From NCBI GenBank assembly GCA_038087875.1, contig CM075985.1, forward strand, positions 17,360,001 to 17,424,000: DNA of 64,000 bases. The letters run 5' to 3'. The notes below the pieces were generated by a model that saw nothing but the letters and a program-made list of their open reading frames with translations, did not search any database and had not been told where the DNA came from. The translations under genes were made by a program, and so were the position numbers. Below are positions 34,262 through 46,610 of this stretch, in pieces; the first letter of the stretch is position 1, and each line of letters starts with the position of its first letter. This stretch comes from Malacoraja senta. Taxonomy: Eukaryota.

Positions 34262-36880
34262 ATCTAATGTTGTGCCACCTGCACTGGTTGGTCAATGTCC
34301 AAGTGTGTCGGCTTAAGACGGAGACTGGAGACAGTCTCGTGTCTGCCGCCCATGTCGATGACGAAAGCTGTGGTGTCGTTTTGCAGTACTCTGAAGGGTC
34401 CCTTGTAAGGCATTTGCAGTGGTGTACGGTGGGAATCTCAGCAAAGAAAGACATACTGGCAGTCCTGGAGGTCGAATGGAATGTACGTGGTTGTGAGACC
34501 ATGTCGGGACGTTGGGACTGGAGAAAGCGTGCCCATCTTCTCATGGGGGCGCGTCAGCATGGTTGTGGGCGGTTCTTGATGTCCACGCGCCGCCTGGATG
34601 AAGTCCCCTGGGACCGTAAGCGGGGCGCCGTACACCAGTTCGTCTGAGGAAGGTGCCAGGTCCTTCTTTGCGGTAGCGCGTATACCTAGCCTGACCCACG
34701 GCAATTCTTCCATCCAGTCATGGCCCGTGAGCCGTGCTTGGAGGGATGCCTTCATGTGCCGGTGAAAACGTTCCACTACGCCGTTTGCTTGCGGGTGATA
34801 GGCCGTTGTGTGGTGCAGCTGAGTGCCAAACAGCCGGGCCATTGCTGACCACAGCTCGGAGGTGAACTGCGCACCTCTGCCGGAGGCGATATCCACCGGC
34901 ACGCCAAAGCGGGCGATCCTGTGTGCGATGAGGGCACGTGTACAGGTCGCAGTGGAGATATCCGAGAGTGGGACGGCTTCCGGCCATCTCGTGAATCTGT
35001 CCATGATGGTGAAGAGGTGGGTGACAGTCTGGAAGGAGGCAGCGGTCCAATGATGTGGATGTGGTCAAAACGGTGTGTCAGGGAAAAATTCTGCTGCGGT
35101 GCCTTGATCTGTTACTGAATCTTGGAGGTTTGATGGGGAAGCACGCTCTGGCCCAGTTGCCGTCCTATTTGTGCAACCCGTGCCACATGAACTTGGCTGC
35201 CATCAGTGCCTTTGTTAATGGAATAAACACGTCGCAGAGGAGTGTGTTGTCAGCGGGCCCGCTGTAATCGCACATCCTCCAACAGCTGGCCTGAGATGGC
35301 GGTGTGGTAGGCGCGCGTCTCTTCATCCTCTCGCTGGGCGGCCGCCACGGCCGTGTAGTCGACACCTGGGGCCAGAGCGTGGATGGCATTGATGGCGGTG
35401 CGGGACAACGCATCTGCGACCTGGTTGCTCTTGCCTGCGATGTGCTGGACGCAAGTGGTGTATTCTGAGATGTAGGTCAGGTGGCGCTGCTGCAGGGCTG
35501 ACCAAGAATCAGACACTTTGGCAAGGGCGAACGTGAGTGGTTCTTGGCAAGGGCAAACGTGCACTTTGGCAAGGCCAAATGTGAAAGCTGTGAAACCCCT
35601 GCCCTCGAGGAAGTAGCGGAAATGCCGGATGGCCAGGTAGAGAGCGAGGAGCTCCAGATCAAAAGCGCTGTATTTCTGCTGGGGCGGGGTGGGGGGTGTC
35701 GGGTGATGACGAAAAAGGCGAGGGGCTGCCAGCTACCATTGATCAGTTGTTCCAACACTCCGCCCAAGGCTGTGCCGGATGCGTCGACCGTGAGAGCTGT
35801 TGGTACGTTGGCCCGTGGATGTACCAGCATCGTTGTCTTTACCAGCGTCGTCCCAAATGAGTTCTTTCGGCTTGTTGGCCAGGGCCTTGAACAGCGGTTG
35901 CATGATCCTGGCGGCTCTTGGCACGAAGCGGTGGTAGAAGTTGACCATGCCGACAAACTCTTGGAGCCCCTTCATAGTAGAGCGTTTGGCAAACTTGCGA
36001 ATTACCTCGACCTTGGTTGGGAGTGGGACCGCTCCGTGCTGGTTGATGTGGTGGCCGAGGAAGTTGATGGAAGTGAGGCCAAACTGACACTTTGGCAGGT
36101 TGATACTTAGTCCTCACAGCGTCTCCAGCCCCCAGACGCTTCGGGGACCATGTGCAGCGGGATGCCCTGTCTGAGCGGCGCACTATGCCCATTGCCTCCA
36201 TCTTGCAGAACTCGTCTTTGGCCAGTTGGAACTTGTGTGGGGGCAGCCTGCATGCGCGTGCACGGAGTGGCGGTCCGGTGGTAGGGATATGGTGTTTCAC
36301 CCCATGCTTGAGGCTGGCCATTGTGAACTGGGGAGTTATGATGTCAGGGAAATCGGCCAAGATCCTGGCGTACTCGTTGTCGGAGAAGGTCACCGGGCCG
36401 AGGTGGGGCGCAATCAATTCGGTGTGGCGCAAGGCGATCGACTCAAACGTTTCAGAATTAACGAGGCGTTGTCCTTTCACGTCGACCAGCAGGGAGTGTG
36501 CCCGGAGGAAGTCGGTGCCCAGCAGCGGTTGTGAGACGTCGGCGATGGTAAAGGTCCACTTGAAGCGACAGTGGTTTAAGTTGAGCGGGATCGTGCGGGC
36601 CCCGTATGTTCTGATGTTACTGCTGTTGGCAGTGGTCAGGGGAGGCCCCTGCTTTCCGGAACGAATGTCGATGCCGGGGGAGGCAAAACAGTGACCTCTG
36701 CTCCCGTGTCAACGAGAAAACGCCGCCCCGAATGACAAGTAGAGGAGGCGATATTTTTGGCCGGCCGCAGTTACCACTACCGTCGGTGCAGGGTGGTCGG
36801 CATCGGTGAGCCTCGGAGCCCCACCTTCGGTGCTAGCAGCACCACTTGGCCTTGCTGGCGCCGTTCGTGGCTGACATCAA
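34262..36880 (-). mobile_element. Ty3/Gypsy gag-pol remnant, CsRn1-like, with internal deletions and no LTR detected
   Basis: Gag HRRWGSEAHRCRPPC (H-X9-C-X3-C), protease FLVDTGAEV (36690-36719), partial RT, RNase H TVDASGTALGGVLEQ, integrase DRFTRWPEA / GAQFTS / TTAYHPQANGVVERFHR; PR-RT-RH-IN order. Confidence 0.9.
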
Positions 36881-37230
36881 GCTCAATGGTCTAACCTCAT
36901 TGGTACCTCTGATCATTCCCGCAACATTGCAACTCACTACAACGCCAAATTCCATGTCATCAACATACCTTGTATGTTCGGAGTTGTTCATTTATATTGA
37001 CAACGAACAATGTCTATGCATCGATCCCTGCTGTGCACCATTGATCACAGACTTCCAATCGGGGAAATCCTTTCCTCTGCCTTCCATCTCTCAGCCAATT
37101 TTGTATGCAAACTAGCCAGCTTGCCTTGGATCCTATGCGTCTCAACCTGGACCAGTTTACAATGTGAGACCTTGTCAAATGTCTTTTTGAAGTCCTGGTT
37201 GACAGCATCTATTCTTCTCTACTCCTGCAT

Positions 37231-37535
37231 TTGTGTATCCATCTGCCATTCACCCCCCCATCCCCTTGTCTGTATACACCTGTCACCTGCCCAACGGCCA
37301 ACAATGGACCATTGTGGGCTCCACCTTTTCATTGTTGCTTTTTGCATTTATTTCATTTGTTTGTTTATTTACCTTCTATGTCTCTAATTTCTCTTTTCCT
37401 TGACTCTCAGTCTGAAGGGTCTCGACCCGAAACGTCACATATTTTCTCCAGAGATGCGGCCTGACCCGCTGAGTTACTCCAGCTTTTTGTGTCTATCTTC
37501 AGTGTAAACCGGCATCTGCAGTTCCTTCCTACACA
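37231..37535 (+). mobile_element. Penelope-derived 3' terminal fragment
   Basis: CTGAAGGGTCTCGACCCGAAACGTC...GCTGAGTTACTCCAGC...GCATCTGCAGTTCCTT. Confidence 0.75.
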
Positions 37536-40500
37536 CCTATCATTTGCCTGGCTTTGCCCCGTTCCCATCTCTTGCAGCTTATGATCCAAATGCTGAACCA
37601 TGCTCCATCTGATTTACCTGTGAGGCTTCCAGCACTAAAGTCAATGCAATTGAGCCTAACGGTCCTAACTTGTTCTCTAACTTGCCTCAGTTTGCTCTGC
37701 CACTGGACTTCCTTGATTTATTCTCCCCATTCTTCTCCTCCCCCCCCCCCCCCTCACCACCACCACCATCTCCTGTACTGCTAGAATGCTTCTCAATATA
37801 GTTTAAACTCTCAAGTAGAGTGAGCAAACCTTTGCAAGGATAATGATCTCCCTCCAGTTATGGTGCAATCTCTCCTTGCATGGTTCCCAACTATGCCAGT
37901 AGAGTTCCAATGCTCCAAGCACCTAAAGTCCTTTCTCCTGCACCAGCTCATTAACCACATGTTCATCTCTCATCTCTTCATGTTTTTACCGTTTCAACTG
38001 GCAATGGAGGTACAATGTGACAATAAATGTGTGCAAGCCATTGCTTTGTAAATGCCGCAACAGGATAGTATGTAAACGTGATTGGGGGTTGAGTAGAGAA
38101 ACTGACCATGTAATGATTACTTTGAAATAGAAGTAGAATGATGATTGACCTGCTGCATGGATCAGAGAGGAAAATAGTATTTGGTATAGTGCCTTATTGG
38201 TATGGTACTTTATCACATGTAAATGTGGTGCAATGAAATTCATTTTTGTATACAGTTCTGTACATATCACTACACGTAAGCACTTAGACACATATTAGAT
38301 AAGCATCTCAGGTACAGTTCAAATGTATAGTAGCAGGACACTGAGACAGTATACAGTGTTGCCAGCTTGCCGCCATTTTCAATACCCAGTTGTAAGTGCA
38401 GGGTTCTTGATCTGACCATGAAGGTCTGTTGTCAGTGTAGCAGGGTCAGCCTGGCTAAGCATAGCCGTGGTGTCCTCCACCGCTGTAGGCCTCGACCAGT
38501 CCACATGCTCGGCCTCTGGGTGCGGCGCCTGGACCAGCCGAGCCCCAGGCTGCTGAAGGGCCTCCAACCGTTGAGGCCGTGCATTCCCTCCCACAGCCGG
38601 TCTGCTTACCAGCTCTCCAGGTGGGTTCCGTGGGTCCTCGATCCGAGGCGGGCGAGCCGGTCTTTCCGGGCGGTTTCCGGTCCATGGGTCCTCCCTCCTT
38701 GGAGGGCGAGCTGGTTCATCTGAGATGGTACGGATTGAAAGCAGTAGAGAGATTAGGATTAGAGAGACACAGGACCAGTCCACGCTCTGGTCCTGTGAAT
38801 TATTTGCAGCAGTATTGGTGTCAGAAATTGAATTGTAGGAGTGTGCATTCATCGGGCTGCTTTAGGTGTTTGTGGTCATTAGGTCATCAGCCTTGATGTT
38901 GATCAAGTCTTTGAAAATAAGTTCATCCCTTCCAGAGATCGTGCTAGTCTTTAAAAATGTATTTCCTTACTTTATAAAAATCCGTATTTAACACAAGATA
39001 TTTACTTTTAATATTAAACTATCTTTTAAATGTGGCTTAGCTGTCATTCAAAATAATACAACGTGTGCATCAATTCACACTGATCAGGTGCATATTTCCA
39101 AGGTAAATGGGGAAAGAAGCAGAAACTTAACTTTCATGAGGTTGTCTTCTAAACATTTTGCTAGATGCCGTGCCATTTAATTATTAAAATGATTAGCCCT
39201 ACTAAGGTGAGGGCCCAGCTGCCCGATTCTGCAGCAGTCCAGCTCTTCGTTGTAATGAGTTTGTGAGAAGCATCCTTTAAGTTGGAGCATTGCTTCCACA
39301 AAATATTCTTCATGGCCTTAAATTATGAACCCAACTTTGAAATATTTGAAGGGTTTGATGGTGATATAGAGAGGATCAATCAATGATCCTTCAACGTTGT
39401 ACAATTCCAATGTAGATTTTAGTTTCATGAAAATATTCTGGTATATCATAGTTCTGTGTAAATGAAACCTACCGTCAGGAAGACTTCACTTTCACATGGC
39501 TTGACTCTTAGCAATGCTTATTGAAAAAGGATATTTTATTTTAAGATTTATGAGTTTTCTAATGAGTTTTTGAGCTATGTAAAATATTGTGCAAGTATGT
39601 CATTAATAATGACAATGACTTGATTTAAAGCCACTTAAGAAGTGTGTTGGAAACATAAAATTATACTTTAATCAAAACAAATGCAGCTCAGGGCATTAGT
39701 TTCATTAAATTGAGAGAGACTGTCTTGTGCAGTGTAAAGATAATGAAACCTTGGGATATTGCCTCAGAATATATTTGATGCTTGCACTATGGAGACAATT
39801 AAAAGCGTGTAATTCATTTTAGAGTCATAAGTATACCACACAGAAATGGGCTCAATACCCAATGCATCTGCACTCACCATAAAGCACTTGTTCACAGATC
39901 ACCTGATGAAACCCACATGGTTATAGAGAGAATGTTCGAACTTCACATGGATAGCACCGGAAGATGGGATTGAACCTGGATTGCTGGAGCTGTGAGGCAA
40001 CAACTCTGCTGGCTGTGTCACCTTGCATAATTTCCCTCAAATTTTAGAAGCTATACAAATACTGGGAGTAATAGTTTAATAGTACTTCATTCATTTTAGT
40101 ATACCATATTCTTTGTTCATAATTAATTTGCATAGAGGTGCCCCACTCAACAGTCACTCAGTTCACATCACTCTCCACTCCTATTTTGATCCCTTTGAAC
40201 CTCTCTGTCCTCTGAAGCTCAGTGAAAGTTTAAAGAACAGTTTATTTTCTGATTATGCACGATTGAGTTCTGGGTCTAATGTTTGAGTTCAGTGATTTCA
40301 AGAACCATAGAAAACGTGTTATTTAAAATGAGACACCTCAACTTACCCCACAGAGAGCATTTGATTCATAGCCTTCAAGGGTGCAGATATCCAGATACAA
40401 AATGTGGTGTTTAAGTGTGGTGAGGACTTTTTTTTTATCATCTTCCCTTCAATCCTTTTAACAATTACTTTAAATCTATGTCCTGTGTTTTGGTATTGGC

Positions 40501-40846
40501 TCAAGGAAATAGCTCTTATTATAATTCTCTCTACACCTGTAATAAGTTTGGACACCTCAGTTAAGTTTCCTTTTAGCGCACTGTGTTCTAAAGAAAACAA
40601 CTCCAGCCTATCCAGTCTAATTTCATAGCTTAAGTTTTATAGTCCTGACAATATTCTTCTAAACCTTCCTTTGCCATCCTGTCCCTTTTTCCTGTAGTGT
40701 GAAGACTAGAACTATACTCGTTACTTCCTAACCAGCATTATTCAATTCTGGTATAACCCCTCCTCTCTTCTGTGCTGTCTGAGAAACGTTACCATTTAGG
40801 CCAAAACTGCACTTTTCCTTAGTCAATCCTTTTGAAAGATGGCTAA

Positions 40847-41166
40847 TACCCCTGTCCCACGGCGCGAATTTATTCCAAGAGCTCTCCCGAGTTTAAAAAA
40901 AATCAAATTCGTGGTAAGCAGGGAGAATGAACGTAGCGGGTACGTCAGAGCTCGGGGACGTCTCTTAGCGCTAATGGCAGGTACTCGGGAAGACTCGCTA
41001 ATGGCAGGTAAGCACGGGAAGACTCGTGAAGATTTTTCAACATGATGAAAAATGTCCACGAGGGCCCCGAGTACCGACGAGTGGCCATTACCGTAAATCT
41101 CCGAGTTCGAATCAGGGCAAACTCGGTAGAACTCTTGGAATGAACTCGTACGGTGGGACAGGGGTT
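40847..41166. mobile_element. PIF/Harbinger-type MITE (ACCCCTGTCCCAC TIR variant)
   Basis: ACCCCTGTCCCAC / GTGGGACAGGGGT termini with TAA/TTA flanks; internal similarity to 16284-16702. Confidence 0.82.
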
Positions 41167-41379
41167 TTATCAAATAACAAAAGTAATCGAGTTCTAAAGC
41201 TTGAAAGTTCATAAACATTATCTGAAACAGGAGTTTTGATTGAAGTTATTTGAAACATTTTTTCCAGCTGATTCTAAGAAAGGATTCTACATCATGCCTT
41301 TCAGCTAGGGAAATGTTTGTTTCATTTTTCTTTGTTCAGAGCAAACCTGTTTCTGCTTATGGTTGTGGTTTTATAGGAA

Positions 41380-42030
41380 ACTACACCAAGTGGGTCCCGT
41401 TGGGCCACGTCCCCCAACCTGGTAGGGGGGTGGTGTCGGCGCTCGCCCTGGAGACATGCACCCCCCAGAGCCAATCACCCACATCACACCCCCATAAGGA
41501 AAATTATGGAATTTATGGAGGCAATCAATCGTCCCCACGTTGGGGGGGGGTGGAGGGCTCGGCATCACACGGGAGGGGGCGCGGCGTCACAAGGGAGGTC
41601 TGGTCCCCGAACGCGGCATCAGCGCTCACCCCGGTGTGGCACTCGGCAGGCTGAGAGCCCATCGTGATTGGTACACCGAGTGGCATTGTGACATCACTGG
41701 AAGCTCCTGGAAAAAGGCTCTCCGTGAGCTGCTGCGGTTACCGTTGGCAACGTCCCATTGTGATGTCATTGTGGCACTCGGCAGCTTGAGAGCCCATTGA
41801 GATTGGTGCATTGTGTGGCATTGTTACATCATCACTGGAAGATGCTGGGAAAAGGCTCTCTGTGAGAAGTGTTTTTTGCCTTTAAATTTTTTTTAAAATC
41901 ATCAATAACTTGTGAAATAGATTTCACAAGAAATCGGCAAAGAAGCACATCCTGTTCCAAACTGATGTACAAACCACTTCTCAAATTCAGTGAATTGGCA
42001 GATGTATTTAAGAACACTCACTTTTATCTT
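41380..42030 (-). mobile_element. Non-autonomous Helitron-like element, same family as 7883-9885
   Basis: Reverse complement ends GGCCCAACGGGACCCACTTGGTGTAGT; shares TATTTCACAAGTTATTGAT and TGACATCACAATGGGA motifs. Confidence 0.68.
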
Positions 42031-42130
42031 TCAACGCTGCTTTAATATACATGGATTTGCACATAATACCACAATTAGTCCTGGTGTCTCCTTTGTAATT
42101 TGTTCATGTGCTAAAATTATCTAAGAGTAA

Positions 42131-42390
42131 AGGGCCTGTTCCACTTACGCGACTTTTTCGACGACTGCCGGCACCCCTCATAGGTCGTTACAGGTCGCCG
42201 AAAATTTTCAACATGTTGAAAATTCAGTGGTGACCAGAAAGACGCTACGACTCTTTAGGTGACTAGGAGACTACTCACGACCATACAGGTGACACCCTGG
42301 CGACATGAGTAGTCGCCCAAAGAGTTGTACCTTGTTCTGGTCGCCGCTGGACTTTCAATATGAAAAAGTCGCATAAGTGGGACAGGCCCT
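42131..42390. mobile_element. PIF/Harbinger-type MITE
   Basis: TIR AGGGCCTGTTCCACTTACGCGACTTTTT / AAAAAGTCGCATAAGTGGGACAGGCCCT; TWA flanks. Confidence 0.88.
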
Positions 42391-42674
42391 TTAAGGTTCT
42401 AAGTGCTCGGCTGTGACGAGATTTTGGGAGCCTATTGGAACAAATTTTCTTTTTTGTCAATGGGATTTTTCATGAGTCTCCATACCCACTATTTCTGTGA
42501 TCAACTATCTTGTTTGATGAGTTTTGGAAGTACAGGCATCTGTTGAAACTAATGGGAGACCACATGGTGTATCATCAGGAGAGAGGACATGATCAAGACT
42601 GACTGTGATTGTGGAACTCAGATCGTTATTCCATCTTGTAGCCAAAAGATGATGTTGAAAGCATAATCTGATGC

Positions 42675-43102
42675 TGAGTCTGAAGAAGGGTTTCAACCTG
42701 AAATGTTGCCTATTTCCTTCGCTCCATAGATGCTGCCTCACCCGCTGAGTTTTTCCAGCATTTTTGTCTACCTTCGATTTTCCAGCATCTGCAGTTTCTT
42801 CTTAAACATCTGAGGCACCACAATTGTTTTCGTAGCATCTGTTAGGAGATAAATGCTTCATGATTGTTGTTATAGCAATGTTTGAAATCCTAACAACAAG
42901 TATCAAATATGGAAGATAGACACAAAAAGCTTAAGTAACTCAGCGAGTCAGGAGAAAAGGAATAGGTGATGTTTTGGGTCGAGACCCTTCAGATCTTCTT
43001 CACGCCTCGAAACGTCACCTATTCCTTTTCTCCAGAGATGCTGAGTTACTAAAGCTTTTTGTGTCTACTGTTTTACCAGCATCTGCAGTTCCTTCCTGCA
43101 CA
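42675..43102. mobile_element. Two Penelope-derived mini-elements (42675-42808; 42913-43102)
   Basis: CTGAAGAAGGGTTTCAACCTGAAA and fold-back GAGTAACTCAGC family motifs. Confidence 0.75.
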
Positions 43103-43524
43103 AATCAAAAATTAAATTGTCTTGCTATCTTCCTGAGGTTGCTCTGAGCCTTTGCGTGTGCCGCTTCGTCACTTTTTTTCAGATCATTATTGTATCTTGT
43201 GGCTGTTTGTGAATCAAGGAGGTAACACATTACCTCTTGCTTTCCTAGATTCAGCAGCAACCTGATTTTATAAAGCTTTTGCAGTGATTCTCTGGTTTGA
43301 TTTAGCTGGTTAAGAGAGTAAATTAATGGCAGTTGAAGGTTTACAGCCAACAGTGAACTATTTTAGTATAATTGTAACCATGTGAGAGGTTATTTCCAGG
43401 TTTGGGTTAAGAGATGATAGATAGTTTGAAATGATTAAAGACTGTTAATTGATACACGATACAAGGAGGTAACCCGTAATGACCAGCGATTGACTATGAA
43501 GAGGCCACATGTTTAAGCTCAAAA

Positions 43525-43526
<2 letters not shown>

Positions 43527-43568
<42 letters not shown>

Positions 43569-46445
43569 ACTTTATTTCAGACTCAAGGTCCAGGCAAGAG
43601 ACGACATTACATAAAATACATTGCATTTAAAAACACCATAAAATACATTTAAAAGCTTAGTAAATTACTTAGAAGAGCATCATAAATTATATACAAAAAC
43701 ACAACGCATGATTTAAAATCCAGAATAAAAAGAAAGATCAGTGTCCTACAACGATACCAATGTCTCCACAACTGGGATTCATAGCGTGGTGCTAAACCTT
43801 ATGTTTGATAAGACCACGATAATTAAATTTTCAGTCATTAATCCTGCAAATGAATTTATACATATGATTTCTTAGGATAGCTTCTAAAGTACTGACTCCT
43901 GCAGCCATAAACATTTCACTAGCACTACACCATCTAGGCTTCCTTACTGTTCTCATGGCATTATTATAAGCCACCTTTAGTCTCTGTAAACTTGTCTTTC
44001 TGTAGTTTGACCACAGGTGTGCAGTATAGAGTGGTGTGCAATATGCTCTAAACAGAGACATCTTCACCACATCTGTACATGCACCAAACCTACGTGAGAG
44101 AATATTCGCCTGTACAAACAGCATACATCGTTGCCTATAAATATCCTCATCTGTCATTTGTTCTGTAATAAAATGTCCAAGATATTTTACCTTATTACAG
44201 ATTATTGTCAGACAATTTAAAATCAGGAAATGTTAGACATTTATCCTCTTTGGTTCTACAGATCATAACAGCACTCTTACCAGCATTATATTTGATATCA
44301 TGTTCCACGCCATACACAGAACATATAGTAAGGAGCTGCTGGAGACCAGTGCTAGATGGACTAAAGACCACAAGATCAACTGCATATGGTTCACTAAAAT
44401 ATTACCAATCATGCACCCAGTATTACAGGCTTTCAATTGCTTGGACAGATCATCAATATAAAGATTAAAAAGGACTGGGAACAAAATTCCCCCTTGTCTA
44501 ACACCATTGCTAACCCCAAATGGGGCTGAGACCCTTTTTCCCCATTTTACTTGCATAGTCTGGTGGGCATACTGGGATTCATAGCGTGAAGTGCTAAACC
44601 TTATGTTTGATAAGACCATGATAATTAAATTAAATAGCCAGAATTCTCAGAGTGTATTTAGGCACCCCTCTTTGACTCAATTTAACAAACAACTTTCTAC
44701 GATTAACACAATCAAAGGCTTTGGAAGCATCATTAAAGCACATAAGAATTGATGACTTTTTACCTCTATATTTATTTACAATCTCCTTTAGGGCATATAC
44801 ACATCAGTGCCATGTTTAGCTTTAAAACTAAACTGGTTATCTGTGGAGTTACAAACTCATTGAATCTATCCAACAGAATTCTTTCTAGGACTTTTGACAA
44901 TACGCTGGCTAAAGCTATGGGCCTGTAATTATTTAGGCTGCCTACTTTACCAGCTTAGTCCTTAATGACCGACACCAGCAGAACAGACAGCATTGAGTCT
45001 GGTAACAAGCCGTGAATCAAAAAGCTAGTAAAACAAATAGCAAGGAGAGCAGCTATCCTCATACTCGCATACTTAAGATGTTCAGCAGAAATATGATCCA
45101 AGCCACTTGTTTTGTGGTTGGACAGCTTGTACATGGCATGATACACCTCATGTGACATATTCACCATTGAGTCATTACTCAATATTGTCCGCCCTATACA
45201 AATCACCTTGGACACAGTTGAATAAAGTACTATAATGTTGTCGCCATAACTCCCCGATGTTAACTGTTCCGGAGATTCCATCTACAGTGCATGGTAGAGA
45301 TGTTTTGCAGCTGTTAAGAGCTCTCACTTCTTTCCAAAAATCAGTTCCATTGCTACTTAGCAGCTTCTTAGCCATGAAATCAGCCCTCATAGCTTGCTCA
45401 TTTTTACAGATGAAGCGAACAGCATACTTATATCTTGCATTAGTGAGCTTCTTGTACTCAAACACTGGCCCCTGTCTGGGTCTACCTGCCATAACCCATG
45501 ATTTAGTGGCTTCACGGGCTTCAGCATGATACAGCTACGTACTTGTTCCAGTCAGGCCTGATGTTATATGTCATATTTTTGTGTTTGCAGTAGGGCTTAC
45601 TGCCTACATATAAAGCGCTTACTATATCATTATACATGGAGCAGATTTCTCTCCTATGCTTCATATCCTTACAATTAACATTACTACACATTATTGCAGC
45701 TTTAGGTAGATGAATATTGCTTAAGGATTTATCTGTATTAGCATAATAGGCTAAGATGTCTTCCTTTGCAAGGGTTGACCAGTCCAGTTTTTTCTATGTT
45801 AAAGCTATTTCCATCTCTGGATACCACAGGTAGATGTTCAACATTTATTGACTTGGCAACAGGTATATGATCAGTCATTGCTGCCCCATACAGAATGCTC
45901 ATACACCCCAATGAGGCATGTGGGGTATCAGCTGTACTAATACAATGATCCAGCCATGACGTAGTGTGCCAGGTCTCACTAATATAAGTTTAACTATCTG
46001 TAGGCAAAAGCACTTTGCTTGACAATATAAAAATTATTATCTTGACAGAACTGAGCCACATGATTGGCAAATAATGAGTTCCTGTCTGAGATATCTGCAT
46101 TCATATCCACAATGACATATAAACTAGAATCATTATTGTTTTGAATAAAGGAATAGATGAAAGCAAGCCTATTTAAATATTCATCCTTATGCTGATGGCA
46201 TTCATAGGGTGTATACATGTTCAGGATAACAAATTCCTTGTCGTTGTGAGCAAAGTGTATTGCAATACACCAGTCAGCATCAAGCCGAACCACATTTATT
46301 GATGAGTCGAGCTTCTTGTTCCATAGAATAGCCACACACCCTGATATCCTACCTCTGACTATTCCCATGCCAAGGTCAGTTGTAGACTCCCCAGCCCCAT
46401 GAAAGTTGTCATTGAGAGAATTGAGTTGGTCCAAGTCTTGCTTAT
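43527..46445 (-). mobile_element. RTEX-like LINE (APE plus RT), degenerate, with (TAA)n tail
   Basis: GVRQGGIL.PVLFNLYIDDL, GLDHISAEHLKY, KMSLFRAYCTPLY..LW, APE RGR..G.VAILW / NMYTPYE; (TTA)n at 43527-43567. Confidence 0.8.
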
Positions 46446-46575
46446 TACCATGATCAGATTTTCTTTTCCTTCCAGTTGTAACCTTAATGCAGTCATCACT
46501 CAATCTCTGATTCCTTGCAAGACCCTCTTAAACTCCTCTTCTTCACTCCTTTATTTCTTCTAAATTATGTTTTAG

Positions 46576-46610
46576 GTTAAATCGCGCACAAATGTTGTGG
46601 ATACAGCTGG
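46576..46610 (+). other. Candidate 35-nt non-coding 5'UTR exon of QRICH1
   Basis: Pyrimidine-rich tract, ttttag|GTTAAA ... GCTGG|gtaaga, in apparently non-repeat sequence; no transcript evidence. Confidence 0.3.
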
